Assembly: GCF_001194135.2 (NCBI RefSeq)
Contig: NC_069006.1
Coordinates: forward strand, 25,693,119-25,757,118
Length of the DNA stretch: 64,000 nt
DNA from: Octopus bimaculoides
Taxonomy: Eukaryota
Reading direction: 5' to 3'
Shown: piece by piece, positions 14,497 through 28,220 of the stretch
How positions within the stretch are numbered: position 1 is the stretch's first letter
Layout of the letters: every line of letters starts with the position of its first letter
The notes under the pieces: model-generated
The model's database searches: none
Seen by the model: the letters and a program-made list of their open reading frames with translations, nothing else
What the model was told of the DNA's origin: nothing
Translations under genes and position numbers: made by a program

Positions 14497-16368
14497 ACAT
14501 ATTTAGTATTAATATATTCTTCGTGTTCTGTATAAACGTGTCCACTGTTGACAAGCCATTCATTAAACTAGTTGTAATTATGGTTCAACAAATGGTATTA
14601 TTTCTCTGATGAAATCAGCAGACAATCGTATTCTTTGGAATAGCAAAGTGTTTCTAAGAAATAAAACAGAAATTCTGTTTCTGTTTTGGTTTTGGTTTTA
14701 CCGTTTTTGTTTCCATTGCATATTGAGTAGATTAGATGAGGATGATGATGGTGAGTATGATGGTGGAGGTGGTGGTGGTGGTGGCAATAACGACAACTAC
14801 AACAACAATGATGATGATGATGCTGTTGATGATGATGATGATGGTGGTGGTGGCAGTGACAACGACAATGATGATGATGTCAATGGTGATGGTGGCGGCG
14901 GCAGCGGTGGTGATGACAATGATGGTGATGATGCTGAAGATGGCCGTGTGGTTAAGAAGCTTGCTTTGCAACCATGCTGGTTTCGGGTTCCGTCTCACAG
15001 CATGGCACCTTGGGCCAGCCAAAGCTTTCTGAGTGGATTTGGTAGATAGAAACTGTATAGAAGCCTGTTGTATCTACAAATATATATATGTTTATATGTG
15101 TGTGTCTTTGTGCCAAAGTTAGTCCTCACACTACTTGCTGACCAATGTTGGTTCGTTTATGTGCCTGCGACTTAAAAGGTTTGGCAAAAGGCATTTCAAG
15201 AATAAGTTACCTGACTTAAAAATAATATAAGTACTTGGGTTGATTTCTTCAATGAAATCCTTCAAAGCTGGTTGGGAACCCCTGTTCCAGAGCTTCTGTT
15301 GATTTTGTGGTTGAATGTTGAATTAATTTCTACCTTCTGATTGGTTGTCTGCTATCAGACAGCAAAACCTGAAGCAGCACAGAATGTTGTTTTGTGTCAG
15401 ATTAGCTTATAAAATCTTATTAAATTCTCAGAGTTCTTCTCACAGAAACTTCCTCACAAATTCTTCAGAATATGCAGCAATAAGATTAGAATGTTTAGAA
15501 CACGTTCTTTTGCAATACCATGCAAGTGACTTGAATCCTTGAAAGGAAACCAAAAGTGTGAAACAATTCCAGATAAACTTTCAGAACTTTTTCACAGAAT
15601 AGAGAAAGGATTAGTGAGTTGACGTTTCCTAAATACACAGACTTTGGCGCTGATATAAAAAAACAAACAGGAAATTTGATAAAAAGTGAAAACCTGATGG
15701 TGGCATTACGAAGAAGCAAATTCTTTCACAAGCAGAGGAAGGAGTTTTTATGTGGTTATTCAATCTGCTAGAAATAGCAGCCAATACCTCCTCTATTTCT
15801 TTCCTACACATTCTGTTTGTCTTTTGTAAATTCTCACTATATATATATGTGTGTGTGTGTTTATATATATATATAGAGAGAGAGAGAGAGGGAGGGACAG
15901 AGAGAGAGGAGAATATTTAAGAGATGTTATGTTTGTGAAGTTTTGTGATTGAAGCAGAAGTTATAGTATTCTAAGTGGGTGTTTATTGTTGAAGGGTGTA
16001 GGGGTTGGTGTGGGGGTGTGGAGCAGGGGGAAATGTGTTCCAGAAGTTGACAAGGGATAGAATATTGGAGAAGGGATGAATCAACATGTTAGATTGTTTA
16101 GAGAGTAGGAGAGGGGAGAGGGCAAGAGAGAGAGAGAGAGACACACACAGAGAGGGGTAGGTAGGCAGACAGGTAAGTAGGTTGAGGTGAGTGAGAGAAA
16201 GAGAGTGACAGATGGAAAGAAAGAGAGAGGGGAGTAAATTGTAAAGAAGTGGGACATAGAGAGATGGACTGAGAGAGAGAGAGAGAGAGAGAGTGATGAG
16301 GAGAGAGAAAAAGAGACAGATTAAGAAACTTGGAGAGAAAAAGAACTGAGAGAACGAAAGTGAGATTG

Positions 16369-16420
<52 letters not shown>

Positions 16421-17468
16421 CTTTAGGAGAGAATTAGGGAAAAAAGACTGAAATAGTGAGAGAAGGAGAGAAATAATAAAATAGATGAATAGACAGACAG
16501 ACAGACAGCTAGGTAGGTGGGTGGATGGATGGATAGACTGATCGATTGATAGATAGATAATTAGATAAATTGATTGACAGACAAAGAGGTAGATCGATAG
16601 ATAGAGAGACAGACAGATAGCTAGATAGATAAATAGAGGGTGGGGAGAAGAATGGTCAATAGTAAGATTCAGGTGAAATAGATATAAACATGATGGAGAT
16701 AAAATAGTCCGAAATGTTGTTTTATTTAATCTGACATGCAACAGTTACGGGATTTAATATTATACATTAAAGGTAACGAAATTTCTGTTTGTGCATGTGT
16801 GTGTGTATGTGTCTATAAGATTAGATGTGGATGTATGTGTGTGCATGAAGGAGAAGAAACGAAAGAACAGAGGAGGAGGAAGAAGAAATTGAAGAAGACG
16901 AAGAAGAGGAATAGAAAGAAGCCAATAGTATTTCGTGCAACCAATGGTTGATGTGAATCTCAATTGTACGGCGTTTGGTTTTATTTCTGTTAATGGGTGC
17001 CTTTCTTTTGCAAGTTGCAAAGCAAAGGGGGCAGTTAAGATCCATTAACATCCACAAGCATCGACAACAACGACAGCAGCAACAACAACAACAACAACAA
17101 CAGCAGCTAGTACTACGACATGAACCACAACGACAGCCATCCACCACCACCACCACCACCACAAACGCCACCTTTACAACAACATCAACAACAATGACGA
17201 TAATAACAAAAGCGATCAACACTGCAATTATCCATGTCTTCAGTTGTCGAACTTAACGGTAAACGAAGAGAGAGAGACGCAACATCAAAGAGGAAGTTTC
17301 TCCTTCATTCTCTTGTTCTTTACTTCGACAAGGTGTGCGGGTGTGTATTTATATAAATACATGTGTATAGATGTATATGTATATATACATACATTCATAT
17401 ATATAAATCTATGTATAAAATATGTGTACATGTATGCACATGTACACACGTGTGTGTGTGTGTGTGTG

Positions 17469-17500
<32 letters not shown>

Positions 17501-17817
17501 GATACACACACACACATGTATTTGTATACATACACTTACACGCATGTATACACACACATATATATACATTTATTTACACATAAATGTACAAAGATATATA
17601 TCAATCAATCATTCAATCAATCAATCGATCTATCCATCAATCTATATATATACATGTGTGTGTGAGTGTGTGTGTATGTATATATGTGTGCTTGTATATG
17701 CGTATATGTGGTGTGTGTGTGTATATATATATATATATGCATGTGTGTGTGTGTGTGTGTACATGCATATGCACAAACTCACACACACACACACACGTCC
17801 ACATATATCCTAGATTG

Positions 17818-17849
<32 letters not shown>

Positions 17850-18370
17850 TTCCTACTCCTTCCTTCTCTCCGATATGTAATCAAAAGCCGTTTCGTCTGC
17901 ACCTCTGCCCTCACCACTCTCCTGCTGGCATCTTCGGTGATTGTACAGAACAAGCTATAAAGCGAGGGACACTAAAACACGACTAGTGCCACCAAATACC
18001 AGTGTTTATTATTCATAGTTACTAACTTAATGCTACCGTCTATGATATTCTGCCATCGGCCTTTTGTTATTACTTCTTATAGCAGCATCATCATCATTGT
18101 CATCATCGTCATCGTCATCAACATCATCATCATCATCATCATCATTGTCATCTTTGTCATCATCATGATCATCATCATCATTATTATCGTTTATTTACCT
18201 TATTGTCATCGTCATCATCGTCATCATCCTAAGACCTCTCCTCCTCCTCCTCATCATCATCATCCTAAGCCTCCACCTCTTTCTCATCGTCATCATCACT
18301 ACCATTGTTCTTTTCCGCATCGTCATCATCATCGTCATTGTCATCATCATCATCATCGTCATCATCATCG

Positions 18371-18402
<32 letters not shown>

Positions 18403-19085
18403 GTCATCACCAGTGTCATTGTCGTTGCCAGCATCATTGCCATTTGTTTGTCATAAAAATATAATTATAATAATTAATAACAATAGTAATATCGATGGCA
18501 TTGAGGGATGAGGGAGGTGGGGGGGGGGTCTACCCTTGATCAATCCGGAGTATTATGACATCTCCCCCCCCCCCAAAATGCAAAACAAAGTTTTGTTGAA
18601 TGTATTTGAAATCTATGGTGTACCACCTCCGCACAAACATAACACAGCATATTTGCTGACCTGATTATAGATCCAGATTGTCTCCCATACAAAACGTTTT
18701 GTTAAGGTTGTTTGTTTTGCACCATTGGTTTGCCTGTGAAGATGCGTGATTTAGTGAATAATGAGACTTGGCTCGCAATTGTAAGGTTGTAAGTTCAATT
18801 CCTGGTGACGCATTGGGTCCTTGAGAAAAGGCGCATTATTCCACGTTGCTCCAGTCCACTCAGCTGGCAAAAATGAGTTGTACCTGTAATTCATGCTGGG
18901 CAAAGTGCTTAGCAGTATTTCATGTGCTGTTACGTTCTGAGTTCAAATTCCGCCGAGGTCGACTTTGCCTTTCATCCTTTCAGGGTTGATTAAATAAGTA
19001 CCAGTTATGCACTGGGGTTGATGTAATCGACTTGATCCCTTTGTTTGTCCTCTCTATGTTTAGCCCCCTGTGGGTAATAAAGAAA

Positions 19086-19704
19086 TATATAATAAACTGG
19101 AAGTACCAGTTTCGTGTCTTACGCTTATCAAACTTCCAATGTCTCAAATTTGAGTACAGAGAGATTTTTTGTTAAATCATGGGGATACCATTTTTGTTGT
19201 TGACAATAATCGCCAGATATATCTCGGCGAACATATTAACGTCTGTGCTAAACAACTGCAACCACAATTCTATATATTCCCTCTGTACAGATTTGCTGAC
19301 TGGACTTCATCAGAAGCTCATCTTAAAGAAACCTCATTCATCCAGAAATATAAACCAGAACTGAACATTAATTCATTTTAGTAACAACCAGCCCCCACTA
19401 GAACAGAACAACAATCAATTCTTCTCTCCACCCTTGAAATATTTGTAAATAACCCCTAAAACTTGTGTATATATCTCACAAATCTGTATACATTAAGAAT
19501 ATCAATCCAAAGACCCTAACAAGACTTTGAAAGTAATTTTCAGACAAATTGAAGAGTTACTTCCCTTTGACTGCAAAAATTATTGTCAACAACAAAAATG
19601 GCACCCCCATGATTTAACTAAAATTCTCTTTGTACTCAAATCTGAGACCTTGGAAGTTTGATAAGCATAAGACGCGAAACTGGTATTCCCAGTTCATTAT
19701 ATAA
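19086..19704 (+). mobile_element. Penelope-like element remnant: GIY-YIG C-terminal ORF piece flanked by an ~80-bp inverted terminal repeat
   Basis: ORF 19169-19381 ends EAHLKETSFIQKYKPELN, resembling a PLE GIY-YIG C-terminus. 19086-19165 is the reverse complement of about 19621-19704. Confidence 0.75.
19651..19691 (+). ncRNA. Hammerhead-like motif with variant core (UUGAUAA); second copy on the minus strand at 19098-19138
   Basis: tggaag-t-TTGATAA-gc(g/a)t aag ac(g/a)c-GAAA-ctgGTA|(c/t)t(t/c)cca. The two copies together give a perfect stem I and stem II consensus. Confidence 0.5.
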
Positions 19705-19808
19705 TGTTGTAATACAACTCTGTTTCATTACGATATTAATATTAGCATAAATTTTATTATTCAAACCTCCTGTGTGTTTTTACATATTTTTCTTTATTAA
19801 ATATATAT

Positions 19809-19999
19809 CATCATCATCATCATCATCGTTTAACGTCCGCTTTCCATGCTAGCATGGGTTGGACGATTTGACTGAGGACTGGTGAAACCGGATGGCAACA
19901 CCAGGCTCCAGTCTGATCTGGCAGAGTTTCTACAGCTGGATGCCCTTCCTAACGCCAACCACTCAGAGAGTGTAGTGGGTGCTTTTACGTGTCACCCAC
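19809..19999 (-). mobile_element. RTE-derived non-autonomous element (young copy, CpGs retained) with (GAT)n tail
   Basis: Same family as 29100-29345, 42700-42805 and 49645-49795; 3' end ccgtccaacccatgctagcatggaaagcggacgttaaacgatgatg. RTE origin is my recollection of the family. Confidence 0.65.
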
Positions 20000-20781
20000 G
20001 TAAAAATGAGATGCGCTGTGACTGTGAAGACCCGACAAATAAAGTGAGTTCACGGCTGTATCCTATATATACTGTGATTTGCTGTCAATAAATATTATGG
20101 GGTCAAGTGCATTGCCTTTCCCAGGGGCCTATAATGCTTGTGACACCCCAGATTTTAGCTACATTGGCAAGCACCTTATTTGTCTTGGGGATAGTACCGA
20201 GAAGTTAGCACAAATTGTGGAGATTTGCAGGAGATTTCAGTTACTATTTCTAGCATATCAAATGGTGTCCATCCCAGTGCCACATTCAGGCCTTGATTTA
20301 GTTGATTAAATCAACTCTTTTACCACCATTTCCACCATTTCCCTGCCCCACACCGTTAGGTTTGGGCTAATTTTAGAAACCATTGCAATTATTATTTGCA
20401 CAAGGTTCAATGTGCTTGTTATTGTTGTTGTTGTTATTATTATTATTATCATTCGCATTATATTATCAGATTCTAATGAAATTACCAGTGCCACCAACAG
20501 ATCTTAATTACAAGCTGTAGTTAGAATGGAAAATCAAATTTAAGCATCTTGGAAAACAACTTAAAAATAGTTGTCGCTAAAAAATTATGGGAGGAACTCG
20601 GTGCTAGAATTGTGAATACATTCTAGCCACTCTTTCTCTCACTCTCACTCTCTCCCTATCTGTGTGTGTGTGTGTGTGTGTGCGTGTGTATTGTATTATA
20701 TTAGAGGAAAATTCAAAACCAAGGCAGAACAAGTGTCTCGAGTGGTTTAGAATAATTTAATTAGGATAAAGTGAATTTGAA

Positions 20782-20857
20782 GTCTTACAGCCGTTTCTGG
20801 GATAACCCAAGTGGTAGGTTAGCATGTCCATGCACTGGGTATTCTGTCATCAGAGAC
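20782..20857 (-). ncRNA. Type I hammerhead motif with long, partly decayed stem II
   Basis: gtct-CTGATGA-cagaatacccagtg...cacttgggttatccca-GAAA-cggctGTA|agac. Stem I gtct/agac is perfect. Confidence 0.6.
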
Positions 20858-21338
20858 AAGGTATGAATCTAAGCAGCTTGCTTACCAACCAGATGTCAGG
20901 TTAATTGGTAGAGTCATTTGAGTCACATACATTTCTTTGAGATATGCACTCTGTGTTCAATCCCTACCAATGCAAACTTTGCCCTTCGTTCTTCTGATAC
21001 ACCAAGGCTCACATTTTTTTAATTTTTGCAGAGAGTGTCATAAGCTTGGTGACTTTTGTTCCGATTCTTTCTGTATTCTTAGAAAAACCAAGAATATTCT
21101 TTCACCTGAAGCAGTGCAAAAGAAAGTGAGAAAAATGTAGTGATTGGAAAAAAAGGAATAATAATTCGTTTATTGGAATTATGTAAATTAGGATTCAATT
21201 TTGAAAATACACCATGTTTCCCCAGAGAATGAAAATAATATATATAAAAGGAAAAAAATTATTTTATGTTCCATATTTGTTTATTTATTTCTATATATAT
21301 TTATTTGCTTGTTTATGCCAGAGTGTATAGTGTTTATA

Positions 21339-21376
21339 ATCATCATCATCTTCATCATCATCATCATCACCATCAC

Positions 21377-21412
<36 letters not shown>

Positions 21413-21553
21413 TGTCGTCATCATCATTGTCACCAACTGTCATTTCTTCTTCTTCTTCTTCTTCTTCTTCTTCTTCTTCTTCTTCTTCTTCTTCTTCTTC
21501 TTCTTCTTCTTCTTCTTCTTCTTCTTCTTCTTCTTCTTCAGCATCATCATCAT
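21339..21553. repeat. (CAT)n followed by (CTT)n trinucleotide arrays
   Basis: Direct observation. Confidence 0.95.
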
Positions 21554-21805
21554 CACTATTTAATGTCCACTTTTTCTATTCTTAGTTGAGGCAGATTTTC
21601 TGCAGTCAGATGCCCTTTCTGTAACCAAACCTCACTCGTTCAATCAGGGTTCATCTGCAGAGGGTCTCATTGAAGGTGTCAAGGAAGATTGAAGACACCT
21701 GCCAAAGGTACCACACAGTGGGATTGAAGCCAGAATCATGTGCTTGGGAAGCAAGATTCTTACCATACAGCCACTTCTGCACCTGTCTATCTATCTATCT
21801 ATCTA

Positions 21806-21853
<48 letters not shown>

Positions 21854-22320
21854 CATACATACACATGTGCACACACAGACATACATGCATACACACACAC
21901 ACACATATATATATATATACATATATAAATATATATATGTATATATATATATACACACACGCATACCTGTATACAGACAGATAGTTAGACATAGTGCACA
22001 TTTTCAAATGAGGATTAGGTTATAGACTCTTTGACTATTTCTGATATACTTTTATTCCTGAAGAAAACCAAAAATATTGTGTACCTTGAAGCAGTACAAT
22101 ATAAATTAGGGAAAGGTTGTAATTAGAAAAATAATTAATTTAGAGCAATTATGTGAATTTTTAGCAATAAAGAACAACACAACCATGCCAGAAAATAAAA
22201 ATTGAATGGAAACAATATTTGGAGACATTCAATAAGAGATTAACCATTGTTAAACAGGAATTAGCCCTATAACTGAGAAATTAAACATCATCATCCTCAT
22301 CATCCTCATCGTCCTCATCG

Positions 22321-22351
<31 letters not shown>

Positions 22352-22656
22352 CATCATCGTCATCATGTATCGTTCCTGCAGTGCATTGATGACACTATAA
22401 GTCTTCCCAATTAAGCACCAATTCTCCAGCTTATAGTTGTACTTAATGTGAAGAGAGTGTAAGCCCCCTAGAGATTGCTACAATCATATGCTACACACGT
22501 TCCTTCCAAGCACTGCTGTAAACAACAGAAGTGAACGTTAAAACTTAGTGCACACGCACAGCAGAGATCAAGGTCAAATTATGCCGAATCGTTTCATTCT
22601 TTGTGCTTTAACTTCATTACTATGGTAACTGTCTGGATACTTATTGATCAGATCTA

Positions 22657-22694
<38 letters not shown>

Positions 22695-23705
22695 CTTTGT
22701 GTGTAAATGTATATGTACATATGTATGCACATATATATGTGATACATACACACACATATACATACACATATATATGCATGTATATACAAACACCATATAT
22801 ATATATATATACACTCATGCAAACATATACGTGTTTATGTGTGTATGTGTGCATGTATGTATTTATATGCACACACATATATGATATATATATATAGCTG
22901 TGTCTCTGTAAATAGCTGTGTCTTTCAGCTTTTGTATTTATGGAAGTCCTTTAATTCAGTTCACATCAACAGCCTTGCGGCCTTAAATAAACTATTTCAG
23001 TGACTAAACCATATTTTCTTTGGCAGCAGAAAAGATTCTCTCTGTTATTATTTTGATTAAATTCTCAAGAAAGTCTAAAAATGCCATTGTTTATTGTTTT
23101 GGTAATCCTGAGGAACTAAATGGAACGAACAGTCACCATTATTTTCTCTCTGCTTCCCCAGAAGTTCGTCGACAGGATAATGTCTGCTGACCAGTATTTA
23201 CACATTTTCTGCTCGGTATTAAAACGCTCAGTTAATGGTGACCAAAATAACACCATGTTACCCATATACCTTTCAAACTGTTTTCCCCAAAACTTGTAAT
23301 TGAAACAAGAACTTGAAATAGTTTTCTTGAAAATTTTAATCTGAAAATAAAGTGAAAATGCTGCAGGGTGTATTTATCTGGAGGAAATACTGGCTGCTGG
23401 TCTTGTTGTAAATAAGCAAAACTTGAACCATTTTCTACAGTTTCTCTGTTGTGCTGAGGTCATGAAACTACAATGCAAAAATGTGTGTTGCTATATCTGT
23501 GTGGTTAAAAAGCTCGTTTAGTAATCCGTAGGTCTTTGATTCAATCCCACAGAGTGGCACCATGGGCAAGTGTCTTTTACAATAAGATTGATTTGACTTA
23601 TAAATGGTGAGAACAATTCAGCAGATGAAAATTGTGTGATAGTCCATCATATGTATTATATACATATATGTTGAAGTGGAAATGGTACACCCCTCCCACG
23701 GGACA

Positions 23706-24091
23706 AGTGGTATGACAAGTGGTAAGTAGCTTGCTTCTCAATCACATGGTTCCAGGTTCAGTCCTACTGTGTGGCACTTTTGGCAAGTGTCTTCTACTAT
23801 AGCCTTGGTCCAACCAAAGCCTTGTGAGTGGATTTGGTAGATGGAAACTAAAAGAAGCCTGTCATATATATATATATGTGTGTGTGTTTGTGTGTCTGTA
23901 TTTGTTCCCTCAGCATCGCTTGACAACCAATGTTGGTGTACTTATATCCCTGTAACTTAGCGGTTTGGCAAAAGAGACCGATAAAATAAGTACTAGGCTT
24001 ACAAAGAATAAGTCCTGGGGTCGATTTGTTCAACTAAAGGCAGTGCTCCAGCATGGCCACAGTCAAATGAATGAAACAAGTAAATGAGTAA
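23706..24091 (+). mobile_element. Full-length octopus-type tRNA-derived SINE with internal (TA)n/(TG)n microsatellite
   Basis: Head gtggtaagtagcttgct...ggttcagtcc (B-box-like), body, microsatellite, then tail gtgctccagcatggccacagtcaaatga. Many copies across the window. Confidence 0.8.
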
Positions 24092-24108
24092 ACATATTTT
24101 ATATACAT

Positions 24109-24142
<34 letters not shown>

Positions 24143-24768
24143 GTATATATGCCTGTATATAGTTAGATAAGCACAATTGGTATAGACGGGCCTGAGAGTA
24201 AAATGGGTTTATATGAATGTCCTCATTGTCTCTGTTTTGAGTCGAATGAAGATAATGGTCCTGGAATCTATGTGGCGGAAGATGGCAACAATTCTCTCCA
24301 AAGATCAACAATAGTTGAAGAGTCTTTGTGAAGTTACAGAAACGATATCAATGGAATTCAAGCTTGGTATTGTCAGACTGTTCCATTGTTGGCATCAACT
24401 GGCTTCCCCTGTCGTGATAGAGTAAAGACCAAAGCCAATGCCATAACGTTGTAATTTACCATTTCTCTGCTGTCCTGGGTTGGTTGGTCGACGGAGGAAA
24501 TTTTCTCAACAGTGTCATTAAGCTTGTGTGTGGTTGCATTCGTATAATTAGGTGTGTGCGAATGTATGCATGCGTGAGTGCGGATGTGGATATATGTGTA
24601 TGTATGAGTGCTTGTATGCATGTATGTAGGTGTATTTGTATAAGTGTTTGCATGTATTTATATATATATATGGGAGATTATACAAAAAATAACAACAGAA
24701 ATGTGTACATATAGTTATAAATACATAGATATGTATGTATATATTGATGCATATGTGTATGTATGTAA

Positions 24769-24815
<47 letters not shown>

Positions 24816-27163
24816 AATAACAGCCTGATAAAATGCATGCTCACACACACACATACGCACACACTCACACAGAGTTCAATTCCCTTTCAATCGGGACTCT
24901 TTATTTGTGGATAACAAAAGTAAACAGTTTCATTTGAAAAGCGAAAAAAAAAAAAAACCCTTCTTTGGTTGTTGTCCTTACAAAAAAGCAGAATGAATAT
25001 TTTCTGTCTAAAGCGTCCTCTCTTTCTGTGTTTTGTTTTCTTTCAATGGTGATGCAACACACCACTCGGTGCTGAATACCATGACAAAACCTTGCTTCAT
25101 ATCTACTTGTAGCTTTTAAGCTTTCTTTTGCCAGAATGCCACAGGTGAGAATCACAAAGCTATTATTTCTCATAGATTCGCTTTTGAACTGTTTGGTCGG
25201 ACGTTTCTTTCTTTTATTTTCTAAATAGATATTTATGCTTTCTCTCAAGTTATTTTTAATGCTAGTACATACCATACTTATATCTTTATGTGTATATACT
25301 TATGGGTGTGTATGTGTATCGTTGTGAAAGAGGATTGTTCTTGTTAATGGCCTCAGCAGATAATGTTAATAATGCCACAAATTAGAGAATTGTTTCCAAT
25401 TTTCACCATCGTATTAAAGAATATTTTCGTCTTTGTAGTCATATAATGACTGCCATTCCTTCATTGTGTGGTGGCCATTGTTAATGCAGACAGGACACTA
25501 AAAATCCAAAGTCAATTTTTGATGAAATATAAGTTCCTTATTATTATAATTGGATAATGACGATGATAGAATGGAATTTTGAAAAGTAAATTGCTTTGTT
25601 TCATTTATTTATTTATTTTGAAGCCTATTTGAAACTGAATTGCTGGAGAGCCAAGCAAACACCATGGCTAAGCCACTGTTGTTTCACGTGATCTGCCAAT
25701 TAACAGATCAATCTGCATCAAGCCATCTTGTGATTTGACTTTCTAGAACTTACTCATTGAGCCCTATAAAAAGGTGTTTTCTGGTAGTAATCCCAGGATG
25801 TGTGTCAGCTGGTCCCAGAATGTTGAGGTAACCACCTGACAGCTCCTGTCTCATGGCAGTTTACAAAACACAGATTTCATTGTCATGAATATAGTATGAT
25901 TATTTTCCAATCGTGATGGACCAGCCACAGATATGTACCAATTACATTGTCATAGATCCCAGAAGTAAGTCTCTCTCGTTATTTTTCATCCAAAAACCAA
26001 CACAGAAAATATTATGTGCAGTAAATAAAGCTTCTGTTAACTGTTTGTGAGTGTTCTTGTTTGTTTTCTTTTTGTTACACACAGCCCTAGAAAGATATTT
26101 TCATTCTCCACTAACATGAAATTCACAAACAACAGCACACAACAGTTTATTTATTATGAAAGTTCGCCTCTGTCCTGTTTTGGGAAAGAAGATTAAAATT
26201 CTAAGACTCATTGTCTGACAAAACCCTAGATATTTGCCCCAAAGGTGCCAATCCCTGTCATTCAAGGATTCATTTACATAACGACTTAAGGGCTTGCTGC
26301 TCTCCTTTGTGATCTTTGATTATGAAGAACTGCAATCAGTCTCAACAACATTGATGGCATCGAATAAAATATTGAAAGGTGAAAATTAATTATCTTGATT
26401 GTTAACGATGTAATTATGAATTATTGTACTTGTCTATACATGAAAATAAAATGTTGTTATTTTAGTTTTAAAAAATTCATACAAAACTCATCCAATGCCG
26501 TCAAAGAGTCTTGAAATATCTCGATCTTCAGGCAATAACCTTCCAAGACAATTTTCCTATATTGTGTTCCACAAATAACTTTCAGTCATATTCCTGTACC
26601 AGTGGTTCTCAACCATTTTTTTTTACCAATGGACCCCTTTAGTTACCATTTCATTCTGGTGGACACCGTTTGATGTAATAAATAAGTTTTTTTAATGGAT
26701 CATTAAAATATTACTGTGGATTTCAGGATTCTAGCTTTCCATACAACCCTCCATTATGGAAAGCCAGAAGCTCCATTATCTGCTTTGGCATAGTTTCTAT
26801 AGGCTGGGTGTCCTTAATGCCAGTCACTTTACAGAATGTACAAGGTGCTTACTTACTGGGGTAGTCTCCTACCTGGCCGGCTCCAGTCAACCATCCCATG
26901 TGACTTTGTAATGTGCCTTGTATCACCAAGCAGTCTCCAGGCTCTGAGCACATGGTCTGTTCTATTTTGAAAGATTGCTTGGAGATACAAGGCATATTAT
27001 AAAAACCTGCATAGCCACATGTCTTCACGGCAAGAAACTCATAGTAGCTTTTGTCTTAATACAATGTACATTAAATGAACGTATATGTATTTAATGTATA
27101 TGTGTGTAGAATGGGTGGGAGTGTGTGGTGTATGGGAGAGTGCATTTATATGCATTTGTGTGT

Positions 27164-27219
<56 letters not shown>

Positions 27220-28024
27220 NNNNNNNNNNNNNNNNNNNNNNNNNNNNNNNNNNNNNNNNNNNNNNNNNNNNNNNNNNNNNNNNNNNNNNNNNNNNNNNNN
27301 NNNNNNNNNNNNNNNNNNNNNNNNNNNNNNNNNNNNNNNNNNNNNNNNNNNNNNNNNNNNNNNNNNNNNNNNNNNNNNNNNNNNNNNNNNNNNNNNNNNN
27401 NNNNNNNNNNNNNNNNNNNNNNNNNNNNNNNNNNNNNNNNNNNNNNNNNNNNNNNNNNNNNNNNNNNNNNNNNNNNNNNNNNNNNNNNNNNNNNNNNNNN
27501 NNNNNNNNNNNNNNNNNNNNNNNNNNNNNNNNNCATTCTTTGATTTTCTTTTTCTCATTGCATTAATTATGAAACTGTTTTGTCAACTTTCTACGTCTCC
27601 CCCCCCTCCCCCCAACTCCACCTCTACATCACTTCTCTCATATACACTTGTGTAAAACAAAGCAGTGTACATGATAAATGGATAACACACACACACACAC
27701 ACACACACACAAATATACACATAGAAATACATATATATTTTTTAAACATACATAGACATGTATATATATATATATATATATATATAAAAGTACTCACATA
27801 AATATATATTGACACATTATTACAACTCACATATATATATATACATACATATGCATGCACACACACACACACACACACAGAGTTATAATGATGAAGTCAA
27901 ACAAAATAGTAATATTTTGAAATCCTATAATGCATGCATTTGAGGTCTGTGTAATGTATAATAAGAAATGCACCCATTATGTAAGACCTTCCTCAGTTAA
28001 AACATATATATATATAAATTTCAT

Positions 28025-28132
28025 TCCATAATGGCTACCTCTGATGAGTACAGGGTTACATAATCAGACTGTTATCTAACGCTTCATTGAACCCGTAGTG
28101 TGAAACTGATTGGTAAGGTCAGCTGTAATGGA
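28025..28132 (+). ncRNA. Type I hammerhead motif with extended stems I and II (CpG-decayed)
   Basis: tccataatggctacct-CTGATGA-gtac agggtt...aaccc gta gtgt-GAAA-ctgattgGTA|aggt c agctgt aatgga. Confidence 0.7.
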
Positions 28133-28220
28133 TATGTAATACTGTACACTTCAGTTTATATATATATATATATATAGCATAGTAAAAACCAACAGACATA
28201 ATTCAAAAGAAATTATTTTG

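Noticed and set aside
17879-17945. Minus-strand ccgaaga...gacgaaacggc with aatca/tgatt stem
   Set aside because: Core U4 is C and stems II and III are broken. At most a heavily decayed relic.
25126-25146. Microexon-like ag-N10-gt patterns on the plus strand (also about 25956-25964 and 30216-30225)
   Set aside because: Such patterns are expected by chance in AT-rich DNA and there is no host gene to place them in.
25753-25856. Minus-strand MRQELSGGYLNILGPADTHPG... followed by a gtaagt donor
   Set aside because: No recognisable homology, including to DUF4537, and no downstream exon found.
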